IMG/VR virus record: IMGVR_UViG_3300021091_004136
Span: 1-52,632 of that record
Strand: one strand, 5' to 3'
Source of the DNA: a virus
Lineage: Duplodnaviria > Caudoviricetes
Length of the DNA stretch: 52,632 nt
Below are positions 29,636-38,294 of the stretch, piece by piece. How positions within the stretch are numbered: the first letter of the stretch is position 1; each line of letters begins with the position of its first letter. Made by a program: the position numbers and the translations under genes. The notes under the pieces were generated by a model. It saw only the letters and a program-made list of their open reading frames with translations, ran no database searches and was not told the origin of the DNA.

Positions 29636-29935
29636 CTAGCCTACCTTAGATTCGTTGTCTATAATTACTTGATCTATAATTTCCGTTACTTTGTAGAGTA
29701 CTTGTTCTCTTAATTTTTTTATATCTTTTTGATAACTTGCATCTCGTTCAAATAACAGACTAAGTTGTTCGTGGGTTAATAATTGTTGTAAGCCGAAGTA
29801 TATATGATCGTAAGCCATAGTAGATTCTGGCATTACCTCAACTTGAGCTGTTCGGCCATAGTTATCTGTAGCTAATTTTACTACTTCTTCTATTGTAAAA
29901 CTTTGATTGTCATGATAGGTAATAGTTACTTTCAT
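29636..29935 (-). CDS. Hypothetical protein
   Basis: 99-aa ORF between the helicase and D5. Confidence 0.7.
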   Translation of the reverse strand: MKVTITYHDNQSFTIEEVVKLATDNYGRTAQVEVMPESTMAYDHIYFGLQQLLTHEQLSLLFERDASYQKDIKKLREQVLYKVTEIIDQVIIDNESKVG

Positions 29936-29951
29936 AAAGGCCTAAAAGTAG

Positions 29952-29984
29952 AAAAGGCCGGGAGCATTTTACGTCTCCCGGCCT
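29952..29984 (-). terminator. Intrinsic terminator after D5
   Basis: AGGCCGGGAG/CTCCCGGCCT stem followed by U residues on the - strand. Confidence 0.75.
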
Positions 29985-30003
29985 GGGTTTTTGTTACTGT
30001 TTA

Positions 30004-30753
30004 TTAAGCAGCTTTAGCTTCTGCTTTTGCGCGTTTTGCAGCGCCATCATAATCAGCAACTTTAATTCCGCGACGTGTTAATAGGGTTTTAAGACCTCGT
30101 TCTGTTTTATCAACAGCCGCAGCGATTTCTGCAACTGTCATGCTATGAATTTTAGCTCCAAGCTGATTAACAGGATCGACATTTTCTTTGGCATAACTAT
30201 TCTTTTGCGCAGGAATTTTTGCAATTTGACCTTTACGAGTAAGGCTAAGAGCCTTACCGCGAACACTAGCAACAGTTTTGCCTAGTGCTGTTGCGATGTC
30301 TTCGATAAATGCGCCTTGTTCTGCCATAGTAACAAATTCATGTTCTTCGGCATCAGTATAAGTACGAGCAACTTCTACTTTTTCAGCGGGTTTAACACTA
30401 CCAGTTAGTTCAAGAGCTAATAATTTGCCTTGAATTTGTTTAGCAGTAAATTTTCCATCCATAAACTGTTCAGCAATTTGTTTATAGGTAAGTTCGTTTG
30501 AATTATTAATTACGAACTCAGCAAGTTCAGCACCCTCATCCTCAGTAAATGCACTAGTTTTTTCTTTAGCCATACTAGCAACTTCTACTTCAAGTTGACG
30601 AAGTTTACTAGCTACGCTACGTGCTGTAAAATCTGGGCCAAGTGTCTCCGCAGTATGTGCAACAGTACTGGCACTAACCGGACGGTGATCACCAACAAGT
30701 TTCATAAGTTGATCAACAGTAGCGTCAGACCATTTTTTAGCTTTTTCAGTCAT
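30004..30753 (-). CDS. D5: T5 D5-like DNA-binding/transcription regulator
   Basis: Repeated HTH-like units (RSVASKLR, KQIQGKLLALEL, SVRGKALSL, RGLKTLLTRRG); located downstream of the split ligase. Confidence 0.88.
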   Translation of the reverse strand: MTEKAKKWSDATVDQLMKLVGDHRPVSASTVAHTAETLGPDFTARSVASKLRQLEVEVASMAKEKTSAFTEDEGAELAEFVINNSNELTYKQIAEQFMDGKFTAKQIQGKLLALELTGSVKPAEKVEVARTYTDAEEHEFVTMAEQGAFIEDIATALGKTVASVRGKALSLTRKGQIAKIPAQKNSYAKENVDPVNQLGAKIHSMTVAEIAAAVDKTERGLKTLLTRRGIKVADYDGAAKRAKAEAKAA

Positions 30754-31504
30754 TTATATTTTCTCTTAGAAAGATATTTAAGTTTTTGATAATTTTAATG
30801 CCGAGTGTATCGGCTTTTTTACGTTTTGTACTACCTTTATCTTCTTCGTCAACTAAATAATCCGTAGTTTTACTTACACTTTCGCTGATACGAAATCCGT
30901 ATTTTTGTAGTTGTGTATAGGCTTCGGTTTTGGTTTTATAAGAAGATAATTTACCAGTAATACACACTACTGGACCAGAAGCATGTGTTATAGGTATTTT
31001 GCTAAGAAATGAAAAAGGTAAGAACTCTCTTATTTCTTTAAAATCTATCTCAAGCCAATTTAAGAGATTTTGTGTTACTTTATCTCCTAATCCAGCTTGC
31101 TTGCAGGTTTTTTGATTAATTTCATCTATATTATTAACAGTATTTGCAATTTTTGTACTAGCAGTATTACCTACTAGTGGAATACTAAAACTGGCTAATA
31201 CCTGATTGAGTGGGGCACTACGACTTTTATCAATTTCTACAAGGAGTTTTTCTGCTGTTTTTATACTTCCTAATAGGTTACTAACTTCATTAAGTTCTAA
31301 ATAATATAATTCGGTTATGTCGCCTAATCCTAGTTTTTCAATAGTTTTTGCACCCATACCCTTTATGTTCATTGTTTTACAAAAGTGTTCTACACGCTTG
31401 CTTAACTGAGCATCACAAGCTTGATTGCGACAAAACAACTGATCATTAACCAGTTCTAGTTTGTAGTTGCAACAAGGACAATGTGTGGGTATTTCAATTT
31501 TCAT
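30746..31504 (-). CDS. ligB: NAD-dependent DNA ligase subunit B (Zn finger, HhH, BRCT)
   Basis: PTHCPCC...LFCRN..C, IKGMGAKTI, and VCITGKL...VSKTTDYLV BRCT. Confidence 0.9.
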   Translation of the reverse strand: MKIEIPTHCPCCNYKLELVNDQLFCRNQACDAQLSKRVEHFCKTMNIKGMGAKTIEKLGLGDITELYYLELNEVSNLLGSIKTAEKLLVEIDKSRSAPLNQVLASFSIPLVGNTASTKIANTVNNIDEINQKTCKQAGLGDKVTQNLLNWLEIDFKEIREFLPFSFLSKIPITHASGPVVCITGKLSSYKTKTEAYTQLQKYGFRISESVSKTTDYLVDEEDKGSTKRKKADTLGIKIIKNLNIFLRENIND

Positions 31505-31528
31505 ATATATTAATTAACCTAAGATATT

Positions 31529-31557
31529 ATTATACAGTATTAACTAGTGTATTACAA
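31529..31557 (-). promoter_or_regulatory. sigma70-type promoter between the two ligase genes
   Basis: TTGTAA-17 bp-TATAAT. Confidence 0.7.
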
Positions 31558-31589
31558 GCTAAAATTTTTATTGCTGTGGCAAATAAAAT

Positions 31590-32546
31590 TTAAGCATCAA
31601 CCTTGTGTAGTATACATGGAATGATTTCTCCAGCTCTAGCAACTGCTACTATGTCGCCAATCTGTAGGTCTAGTGCTTCTATAAAGCCGGGGTTGTTGAG
31701 TGTAGCGCGGCTAATTGTAGCGTCTCCTATTTTAACTGGTTCTAGAATAGCTGTCGGTGTTACTTTACCAGTTTTACCAACATTCCACTCTACATCTAGT
31801 AATTTAGTTTCTACATATTGTGCACGTTCTTTACGAGCATATGCACCACGAGGATGTTTACTAGTATAACCTAGTTGTTCAAATTGATAATTATTTTCTA
31901 GTCTAATTACTATGCCATCACTAGGATATATTTTATAAAGTTCTGGTTCTAGTACAGTATTGAAACCAAGTTGTTTTAACACATTCATATCACCTGACCA
32001 AGTCGGATCTAGATTTGGTGTTATTTGATAGGCAAAGAACTCGATTGCGCGGGTTTTGAATTCCGATAGGTCTTTTAGATTAAGCGATCCTGCTGCATAG
32101 TTTCGACTATTTTCTATATGCAGTGGGGCTACAATCTCACCAGTAATTTGTACAGTTACATTTTTAAGATCAACAGTAAGTGGTACTAATTTACCGTGTT
32201 CATACATTTTATCTGTAATAATCTGACCTTCTATACCATCACCGCGAGTAAGTGCTTGCACTAGGATGCCGTCTACGTATAGTAGGCTAATTGCTGCGCC
32301 GTCTAACTTTATACTAGTAGTAATGTCTAAACCCGCTAACGGATCTAATTTGCCGTCATCTTCATAGTATTTTTGCAAGCTATACATTTGATATAAATGC
32401 TTACCTTTTTTACCATGTACGGGTGCGCCTAGTTTGTTATAGCCGCAACCCATTGCTAATTCATCAAACACATAGTCTGGAATAGTAGGCGTACCGGCAT
32501 AATAGTCGTGACTGGCTTTATCTAAAAATTTATGTAATTTATTCAT
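31590..32546 (-). CDS. ligA: NAD-dependent DNA ligase subunit A (adenylation + OB domains)
   Basis: YY.G.P.I.D..FD, MYSLQK, KLDG, TRGDG, DGIV, VGKTGKVTP, RATLNN and AGEIIP motifs. Confidence 0.93.
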   Translation of the reverse strand: MNKLHKFLDKASHDYYAGTPTIPDYVFDELAMGCGYNKLGAPVHGKKGKHLYQMYSLQKYYEDDGKLDPLAGLDITTSIKLDGAAISLLYVDGILVQALTRGDGIEGQIITDKMYEHGKLVPLTVDLKNVTVQITGEIVAPLHIENSRNYAAGSLNLKDLSEFKTRAIEFFAYQITPNLDPTWSGDMNVLKQLGFNTVLEPELYKIYPSDGIVIRLENNYQFEQLGYTSKHPRGAYARKERAQYVETKLLDVEWNVGKTGKVTPTAILEPVKIGDATISRATLNNPGFIEALDLQIGDIVAVARAGEIIPCILHKVDA

Positions 32547-32552
32547 AATAAT

Positions 32553-32581
32553 ATTATAGCAATTTAAAGTCGATTTGTCAA
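32553..32581 (-). promoter_or_regulatory. sigma70-type promoter for ligase A
   Basis: TTGACA-17 bp-TATAAT (perfect consensus). Confidence 0.85.
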
Positions 32582-32582
32582 G

Positions 32583-32864
32583 TCATTTTTTAAGTATTTG
32601 GTCATAGAAATGCTTAATTACTTGTTCCCCTTCAGCTTTGCTGCAAATATCTAGTAGTCCATATAGTAGGCTATATATATTCTCTATACTAGCTGGAATG
32701 CTAATACCTTCTTTGGAAGGCTGCCAGTCACCTTCATAAGTAAGAAAATACTTGCGTAGTTGTATATAAGTAACATTTTTAAAATTATTTATTACTAGCT
32801 TAATTTGAAAACCTTTTTCTATATTTTCTTCAATTAAGCGTTCGTATAAGATATCGCTGTCCAC
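32583..32864 (-). CDS. PC4/YdbC-like ssDNA-binding protein
   Basis: FKNVTYIQLRKYF...WQPSKEGISI PC4 signature. Confidence 0.8.
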   Translation of the reverse strand: MDSDILYERLIEENIEKGFQIKLVINNFKNVTYIQLRKYFLTYEGDWQPSKEGISIPASIENIYSLLYGLLDICSKAEGEQVIKHFYDQILKK

Positions 32865-33488
32865 TTATACTTGTACTCCAAGTTCTAGAATTTGCTGCAA
32901 ACTTGCTAATTCGTAAGCAGGTTGCCAGCAGTATTGTTTTTGTTTTTCATCCATTAGCCACATATGGTAGATATACCCATGTTTAGGGTCGAATTTTTCG
33001 TTATAAATTTTAGCCAGTGACAGATATCTAGCACTCCAGACTACTTCTCCTACTTCAAACTTATCGCGAGCTGCTCGATCAGGAATAAGTTGTGGGTTAA
33101 AATAAGTTTGACCTGGAACACGAAGTGGCACACTATATTCATCTAACACTTGTTTAATAATAGTTGCACCACGATAGGTACTTTTAGTAATTGCATCAAT
33201 AGTACTACCATTTAAATATTCTTGTATAATAAAAATCTTTTCGTCTTTAGTAACAGGCTTTCCACGCAACTTTGCTCGTTGTTCAGCAGTTCTACGCTGA
33301 CGCTCCTTAAATTGCTCTAGAATTGTTCCAAGTCTGGTTGTATTATATGCCATGCCTAGTAGTTGACATGCGTCTTTTTTAGTAATAGGTTTGATGCCTT
33401 CTTTTGGCTCAAGCAATCTAATAACTCGGCTAAGATTACTATCGGTCATCCGTTCTTCTTCAAGCTCTGTTTTGCGCTTTCTTGCCAC
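32865..33488 (-). CDS. Putative DNA-binding protein
   Basis: ITKKDACQLLGMAYNTTRL HTH-like segment; GGAG RBS. Confidence 0.6.
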   Translation of the reverse strand: MARKRKTELEEERMTDSNLSRVIRLLEPKEGIKPITKKDACQLLGMAYNTTRLGTILEQFKERQRRTAEQRAKLRGKPVTKDEKIFIIQEYLNGSTIDAITKSTYRGATIIKQVLDEYSVPLRVPGQTYFNPQLIPDRAARDKFEVGEVVWSARYLSLAKIYNEKFDPKHGYIYHMWLMDEKQKQYCWQPAYELASLQQILELGVQV

Positions 33489-33500
33489 TAGATTCTCCAG

Positions 33501-33525
33501 AAATAAAAGGCGGCACTAGGCCGCC
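33501..33525 (-). terminator. Intrinsic terminator after D3
   Basis: GGCGGC/GCCGCC stem, then TTTTATTT on the - strand. Confidence 0.7.
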
Positions 33526-33529
33526 AAAA

Positions 33530-33904
33530 TTAAGCTGCTTTTAAGACAGTAGTGAAGTACACTGCAGCTTTGCCGGTAAGTTTGCTAAGTATGTCATCGT
33601 CGATAGGACCTCCCTTAGCTTCAATGGCCGATTTAAGTGCAGCGATCGAGTCTTCTTTTGAAACTCGTTTACTGCCTTCGCCTGATGCAGTTTTAGTTGT
33701 TTTAGTTGAACTAGTGCTAGAGTCTTTCTTAATATATACTCCGGCTTGAACTAGTACCATACGTACACCGTTTGGTGACATTTCAATTTCTTCGGCTATA
33801 TCCTTGATAATTTCAGTTGAACTTTCAGGAGTTGGACCTGCCTGCTCATACATTTCAATAACTTTGGTTTTGAGTTCGTCGGTCCACTGTGATTGAGTTG
33901 CCAT
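33530..33904 (-). CDS. D3: T5 D3-like protein
   Basis: WTDEL..., SPNGVRMVLVQAGVYIKK, R.SK and I..KLTGKAA match the D3 pattern as I recall it. Confidence 0.82.
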   Translation of the reverse strand: MATQSQWTDELKTKVIEMYEQAGPTPESSTEIIKDIAEEIEMSPNGVRMVLVQAGVYIKKDSSTSSTKTTKTASGEGSKRVSKEDSIAALKSAIEAKGGPIDDDILSKLTGKAAVYFTTVLKAA

Positions 33905-33920
33905 AATAATAAAAGTATCC

Positions 33921-34175
33921 TTAGTGTATATTTAAATTTTGTTTAGGGTTAAGTGTTTCTATTAAATCGCGTTCTAATAATTTATTGTACATTGCTTCAT
34001 TACTGACAACTAACATATATAGCAGGTTACTAGGAATTAAACTATCTGGTAATTCTTCCAAAGTTTTATTACTTTCTGCACACAATTGTTCTAGTTTAGT
34101 ACGAAGTTGTATTCCGTGATTTACTGTGTCATGAATATGGAGGCTATCCCATATTCTGAATTTAGACGTATTCAA
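33921..34175 (-). CDS. Hypothetical protein
   Basis: 84-aa ORF within the operon. Confidence 0.65.
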   Translation of the reverse strand: MNTSKFRIWDSLHIHDTVNHGIQLRTKLEQLCAESNKTLEELPDSLIPSNLLYMLVVSNEAMYNKLLERDLIETLNPKQNLNIH

Positions 34176-34434
34176 TTTGAATATCAGTCATACTATCGGG
34201 CTTAAAACGTCTGTAATTATGTTTGAGATCAAAATCCTGTAATAGTTGCATAGTCTCCTCATGCTGTCGACGACGAAGAGATCCCATAGTTTCAGTAAAT
34301 CTAGCAAATTCATTATTATCTAGATTAGTAACATCCCACCCTTCAACAAAAGTAGTTGGTGTAACTAATTCTATAACTGCACGTTTGCTAACGTCACCTG
34401 TTTGTTTAGTGTATGTGAATTCAAGTAATTTCAT
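34162..34434 (-). CDS. Hypothetical protein
   Basis: Start moved to ATG 34434 (MKLLEFTYTKQTGDVSKR), downstream of the promoter. Confidence 0.7.
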   Translation of the reverse strand: MKLLEFTYTKQTGDVSKRAVIELVTPTTFVEGWDVTNLDNNEFARFTETMGSLRRRQHEETMQLLQDFDLKHNYRRFKPDSMTDIQIEYV

Positions 34435-34464
34435 GGTTAGCCTTTTATAATCAATAGAAATAAT

Positions 34465-34493
34465 ATTATACACGATTTAGCATGATAAGTCAA
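34465..34493 (-). promoter_or_regulatory. sigma70-type promoter
   Basis: TTGACT-17 bp-TATAAT with TG extension. Confidence 0.8.
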
Positions 34494-34503
34494 ATATAAA
34501 ATT

Positions 34504-34764
34504 TTATTCTTGTTTTAAGATTTCCGACCGTAGTGCCTTTTTAAAAAGATTGCCCTTTTCTTGGTTAAATATTGGTATAAATACGCTAGGTGCTACTAGC
34601 ATAGATAAAAGTATGTAAGTTACACTGCTAATAATAGGACTACGGGTAAAGGTATTATTAATACCTAATCGCCTAGCCTCATGTACTATGGGTACATAAA
34701 AGAATAACCAACAACATATACCTGTACTTAATGCAAATATAGTATATAGTATTAGCCAATCCAT
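34504..34764 (-). CDS. Two-TM membrane protein
   Basis: Two hydrophobic helices. Confidence 0.65.
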   Translation of the reverse strand: MDWLILYTIFALSTGICCWLFFYVPIVHEARRLGINNTFTRSPIISSVTYILLSMLVAPSVFIPIFNQEKGNLFKKALRSEILKQE

Positions 34765-35159
34765 GCAGGGCGACCATATTTATCATGCACTCGTGCACCA
34801 ATTGAAAAATCTACACGACTAAGCTGATTAATTTTAGTGCCCGGTTTTGGTTTATTATATTGCGTTAACGTTTCCAGTTGAATTTTATGATTGCTATTAA
34901 ACATATCGCGGTTAACAAAACCTGCAAAATATTTGAATAGCTTAGCAATATAAATTTTTCCAGAAGTCCACTGTGGATCTTTTGGAGTTTTACGTCTATA
35001 TTTGATATTATGTACCGCTTGTTCAGCTATTTTATCTTGAGGATGATTTTTAATATGTTTAGCTAATTTACGTTTGCGATTTAATTCCCATATTTTATTT
35101 GATTTATATCGTGACCAATAATTTTGATCACTTTTACTACTAGTTTTACCTTTAGCCAT
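34752..35159 (-). CDS. Basic hypothetical protein
   Basis: 135-aa Lys/Arg-rich ORF with GAGG RBS. Confidence 0.65.
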   Translation of the reverse strand: MAKGKTSSKSDQNYWSRYKSNKIWELNRKRKLAKHIKNHPQDKIAEQAVHNIKYRRKTPKDPQWTSGKIYIAKLFKYFAGFVNRDMFNSNHKIQLETLTQYNKPKPGTKINQLSRVDFSIGARVHDKYGRPAWIG

Positions 35160-35381
35160 TTATACCTCAATACAATTGATTAATGATTCCTCAGTATTCC
35201 ACAACCAGTCTTGCAATTCAGCAATACTACAAATATTTCTTGGAATATGGTCGTACTCTAGAAAAGCTAGCATTGCATCCAATTTACTACTACCATATAT
35301 TATTTCTAAATCAATTCCAGCGTTTTGAGGATGTTGAAAAGCTACTGTATATTGTTTATCTTGTTTCATAGTTTTTTCCAC
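35160..35381 (-). CDS. Hypothetical protein
   Basis: ORF directly after a promoter. Confidence 0.6.
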   Translation of the reverse strand: MEKTMKQDKQYTVAFQHPQNAGIDLEIIYGSSKLDAMLAFLEYDHIPRNICSIAELQDWLWNTEESLINCIEV

Positions 35382-35393
35382 TATTAAATATAT

Positions 35394-35422
35394 ATTTTAT
35401 CAAAATATAAATAATATGTCAA
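35394..35422 (-). promoter_or_regulatory. sigma70-type promoter
   Basis: TTGACA-17 bp-TAAAAT. Confidence 0.75.
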
Positions 35423-35431
35423 TACAATTTT

Positions 35432-35782
35432 TTAAGCGTTTCTAGTTATGTAATTAACTTTAATTTTTTTAGGTTTAAAATATTCCTGAATTACACCCTG
35501 TGCTACAGCAATATCAAAAGGTTTACAGCTAAAAATATCAATATATGCACTAGAATCAGTTTCTACAAAATGAGCACATATATTACTAGTTGTAATTAAC
35601 TGCATTAGGCTGAATCCCTGTTTTGGATCACCTGGTAGCAAATACTCTATGATTGGTTCACCATGTGCCTGCATGTCTATGCGTACTACTAGGTCTTTTA
35701 CAAATTTATAAATGCTGTCGTAACTGCTAATTGCATCATTACAACCGCTTATATCTAGCATAAGATGATAACCCCAATACAT
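35432..35782 (-). CDS. speD: S-adenosylmethionine decarboxylase family proenzyme (pyruvoyl-dependent)
   Basis: G.HLMLD..GC, GFS...ITT|SNICAHF and YIDIFSCKPF motifs. Confidence 0.85.
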   Translation of the reverse strand: MYWGYHLMLDISGCNDAISSYDSIYKFVKDLVVRIDMQAHGEPIIEYLLPGDPKQGFSLMQLITTSNICAHFVETDSSAYIDIFSCKPFDIAVAQGVIQEYFKPKKIKVNYITRNA

Positions 35783-36072
35783 TATTTTTCCCCTTCTTGT
35801 TGCTGACTATATTTTTCAAAATAATCATGGGTTATATAAGTAGCAGTTATAAAACCTGCTAAAAATAAAGATATATAAATTACTGTGTTCTTAAGATTAG
35901 TTTTAAGTCCGCCTTGACCTTGATTTTTAGAATATGCTAAGTACATCCATGAAATACCTGCTACTGACACTAATATACTTAAACTAATAATCCAAGGATT
36001 ACTAGCAACTGCTACTCCTGAAGCTCCAAATATTAAAAATAGTAATCCATTAATATAACAAGCTGGACACAT
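35782..36072 (-). CDS. Small three-TM membrane protein with N-terminal CxxC
   Basis: MCPACY followed by three hydrophobic helices. Confidence 0.65.
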   Translation of the reverse strand: MCPACYINGLLFLIFGASGVAVASNPWIISLSILVSVAGISWMYLAYSKNQGQGGLKTNLKNTVIYISLFLAGFITATYITHDYFEKYSQQQEGEK

Positions 36073-36606
36073 TTAAATTTTCCTTGCCAGTACAACAGCA
36101 TTTTTAGATCCAAATTCAACTAGTCTACACCATAATCTTACTGCAAAGTTAGACTTTTCATAAGACAATTCTAGTGCTTCCTGTTTATGCCTAATTTCGT
36201 CTAGACGTAAACGGCTTAGAATATCAATTAATTGCTGTTTGCTGCCAACATTAATTCGATTAAGATTGGGAGTATTGCTGTTAAGATATTCAATTTGATT
36301 AAGATAGTGCTGATCTACAAAATTTTCAACTGCATCTATGGTTCGCAGCATCCAATTTGGTCCCATAATGCTAGGAATGAAGCCGGTAATAAATCCTGCC
36401 ACAGCCCAAAGTGGCAATAGCTTACTGTGATATTTTTTATCTAGTAGTTGGTTTACTTCTCTTAAATGTTCGCTTTCTTGTTTAAGGTGTTCGTCAATAA
36501 TAATTTGCATAGCTATGTCTTTTGTAAACAGATTCATAGCTTTATATATCCAAACTGCACCAGTTTCTCCGGCTTGATTTGATCTAATTTCTTGTATAAT
36601 GTTCAT
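36073..36606 (-). CDS. coq7: Demethoxyubiquinone hydroxylase family (Coq7, di-iron ferritin-like)
   Basis: IRSNQAGETGAVWIY, QESEH, S.LLPLW..AGF..G, AVE.FV.QHY..QI and DEIRH motifs. Confidence 0.85.
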   Translation of the reverse strand: MNIIQEIRSNQAGETGAVWIYKAMNLFTKDIAMQIIIDEHLKQESEHLREVNQLLDKKYHSKLLPLWAVAGFITGFIPSIMGPNWMLRTIDAVENFVDQHYLNQIEYLNSNTPNLNRINVGSKQQLIDILSRLRLDEIRHKQEALELSYEKSNFAVRLWCRLVEFGSKNAVVLARKI

Positions 36607-36821
36607 GGTTTTATATTATATCTTTTAATTAGTTCTTGTCGTACAGATTGTATAGCCTTATTCCAACTTTCATCCTCACCAACCCATTTAATTTTTCCCA
36701 ACTCATCATGCAAATCTTTTAATACTTCTTGTGTTAAAGCTATAGGGAACGCGTCACCAGGATAATTTAAATTAATTTTTTTGCAAGCACGCTCTGCAAG
36801 GTTGTGAAGTAAAATATTCAT
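36603..36821 (-). CDS. Hypothetical protein
   Basis: 72-aa ORF translationally coupled on both sides. Confidence 0.65.
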   Translation of the reverse strand: MNILLHNLAERACKKINLNYPGDAFPIALTQEVLKDLHDELGKIKWVGEDESWNKAIQSVRQELIKRYNIKP

Positions 36822-37279
36822 TATAATTCAATTTTTTTCTGTGATGCAACCACCCAGTTACCTCGTAGTGCAAAATATAAGCCACCTACCCACAAGAATA
36901 GATGAAATGCATCATTTAGCACTGTAATCAAGTCAGCTGGTTTTAATACTACCCAAATTACACCTGTTACAATACAACACATAGTGATGCCACAAAATCT
37001 TGTAATAACATCTCCTAGTACGGCTACATAAGGCAAATCTCTAATTTTATGCAAAGCCATGACGCCTCCGGCTAATAGCCCTACACCTGCTAAAAACTCT
37101 CCATAGACCACAAACCACCATGTTAGTTCTCCAAGACCAAAACCTGAGCCACCTTTAGGGTCAAATGGCATTTTAGCTAAACCTTGCTGAATAAATACTA
37201 TAGCTAGTGGGATTCTTAAAAGAATGTGGCTCCAATCAAAATCGGGGAGATTGCGCCAGTAATTATTAAAAAATTTCAT
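36821..37279 (-). CDS. DoxX family membrane protein
   Basis: LLRIPLAIVFIQQGLAK, GEFLAGVGLLAG and TR motifs; four TM helices. Start MKFFNNYW has an AAGGA RBS. Confidence 0.8.
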   Translation of the reverse strand: MKFFNNYWRNLPDFDWSHILLRIPLAIVFIQQGLAKMPFDPKGGSGFGLGELTWWFVVYGEFLAGVGLLAGGVMALHKIRDLPYVAVLGDVITRFCGITMCCIVTGVIWVVLKPADLITVLNDAFHLFLWVGGLYFALRGNWVVASQKKIEL

Positions 37280-37304
37280 GTTTGTCCTTGTTGAATTATA
37301 TAAG

Positions 37305-37619
37305 TCATTTCTTAGTACTATATTCTGTAGATAATTGACTTTCCTCTCCAGCACCTAAAATACAACCTATTCTGCCTATAAATTCAACAACCGTCCATCT
37401 AGTATTTTCTTTATTGTAGTACACAGAAATAATAGCATTATTTTCCGTTATACCCATCCAAATAGGTTTTTCCTGAAATTCTCGGTTGGTTAAAGTTCTT
37501 TGTATGCTTACTCCATCAGTGCATAATGTAGTTTTATTCATAGAAACTTGAGATACTACATTTAAAGGAAATAATATTAGTAATAAAATAATAATATACT
37601 TTGTCATATTATGATACAC
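37305..37619 (-). CDS. Small exported hypothetical protein
   Basis: Signal peptide; C...E.P.W.G...N.....WTVVE.....CILG.G. Confidence 0.65.
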   Translation of the reverse strand: MYHNMTKYIIILLLILFPLNVVSQVSMNKTTLCTDGVSIQRTLTNREFQEKPIWMGITENNAIISVYYNKENTRWTVVEFIGRIGCILGAGEESQLSTEYSTKK

Positions 37620-38265
37620 CGCTGGCTAGTACAATTTGGCAAATATGTTCTAGTCTTTCTATGTGCTCAAAAGCACGCCACGGTGTGGTATCTATGCTGA
37701 CCACACCGTGTCCTTTAATGCCAACAATGTCATAGGCTATGTTACCAAATTCATCAAGTTCAAGTGCCTTGTGACATTGGTCAGCTAGTTCTTGGCTGAT
37801 TGGTGGTACATCGCCCACATTAGGTGCTACCTTGGTATATCGACTTAGTTCAGGAAAGTCTTTGACCAAATCTTTGAGCACAATGCCTCTATGCATAGCG
37901 GCTATGGTATAAGTAGGATGCAGATGCATTACTACTCTAATATCTTCCGAGTGTTGTCCTAGCTCTTTTTGTAGCCCGGCATGTAGTGGTAATTCGCCAC
38001 TAGGTTTAAGATTACCACTAAGATCTGTTTGTTGTATTACGTTAAACTGATAAATATTTTTTAAAGGAACAACCCCACTAAGTATTGTACGCTCAATTTC
38101 GATTTTTTTAAACATGTCATACTGCATTTTCTGCTTGCGCACACCACTAGGTGTAATATAAAAATGATCGCGATCATGATATCGAATACTAACATTTCCA
38201 TCGCGACTAGTAATCCAATTTCTTTTATATGCTTCTACTAACGTATCACATATTGTTTCTAACAC
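37609..38265 (-). CDS. Class II aldolase/adducin family protein
   Basis: DGNVSIR, ITPSG, KPSGELPLH, VMHLHP and GHGVV (Zn-binding His triad). Confidence 0.9.
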   Translation of the reverse strand: MLETICDTLVEAYKRNWITSRDGNVSIRYHDRDHFYITPSGVRKQKMQYDMFKKIEIERTILSGVVPLKNIYQFNVIQQTDLSGNLKPSGELPLHAGLQKELGQHSEDIRVVMHLHPTYTIAAMHRGIVLKDLVKDFPELSRYTKVAPNVGDVPPISQELADQCHKALELDEFGNIAYDIVGIKGHGVVSIDTTPWRAFEHIERLEHICQIVLASGVS

Positions 38266-38294
38266 TGCTTTACTCCAAAAAATTTTGTTGTTTA

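Noticed and set aside
30746-32546. Ligase as a frameshifted pseudogene or intron-split gene
   Set aside because: Both halves are intact, the break falls at a domain boundary, the gap is only 85 bp, and two-gene ligases are normal in T5-like phages.
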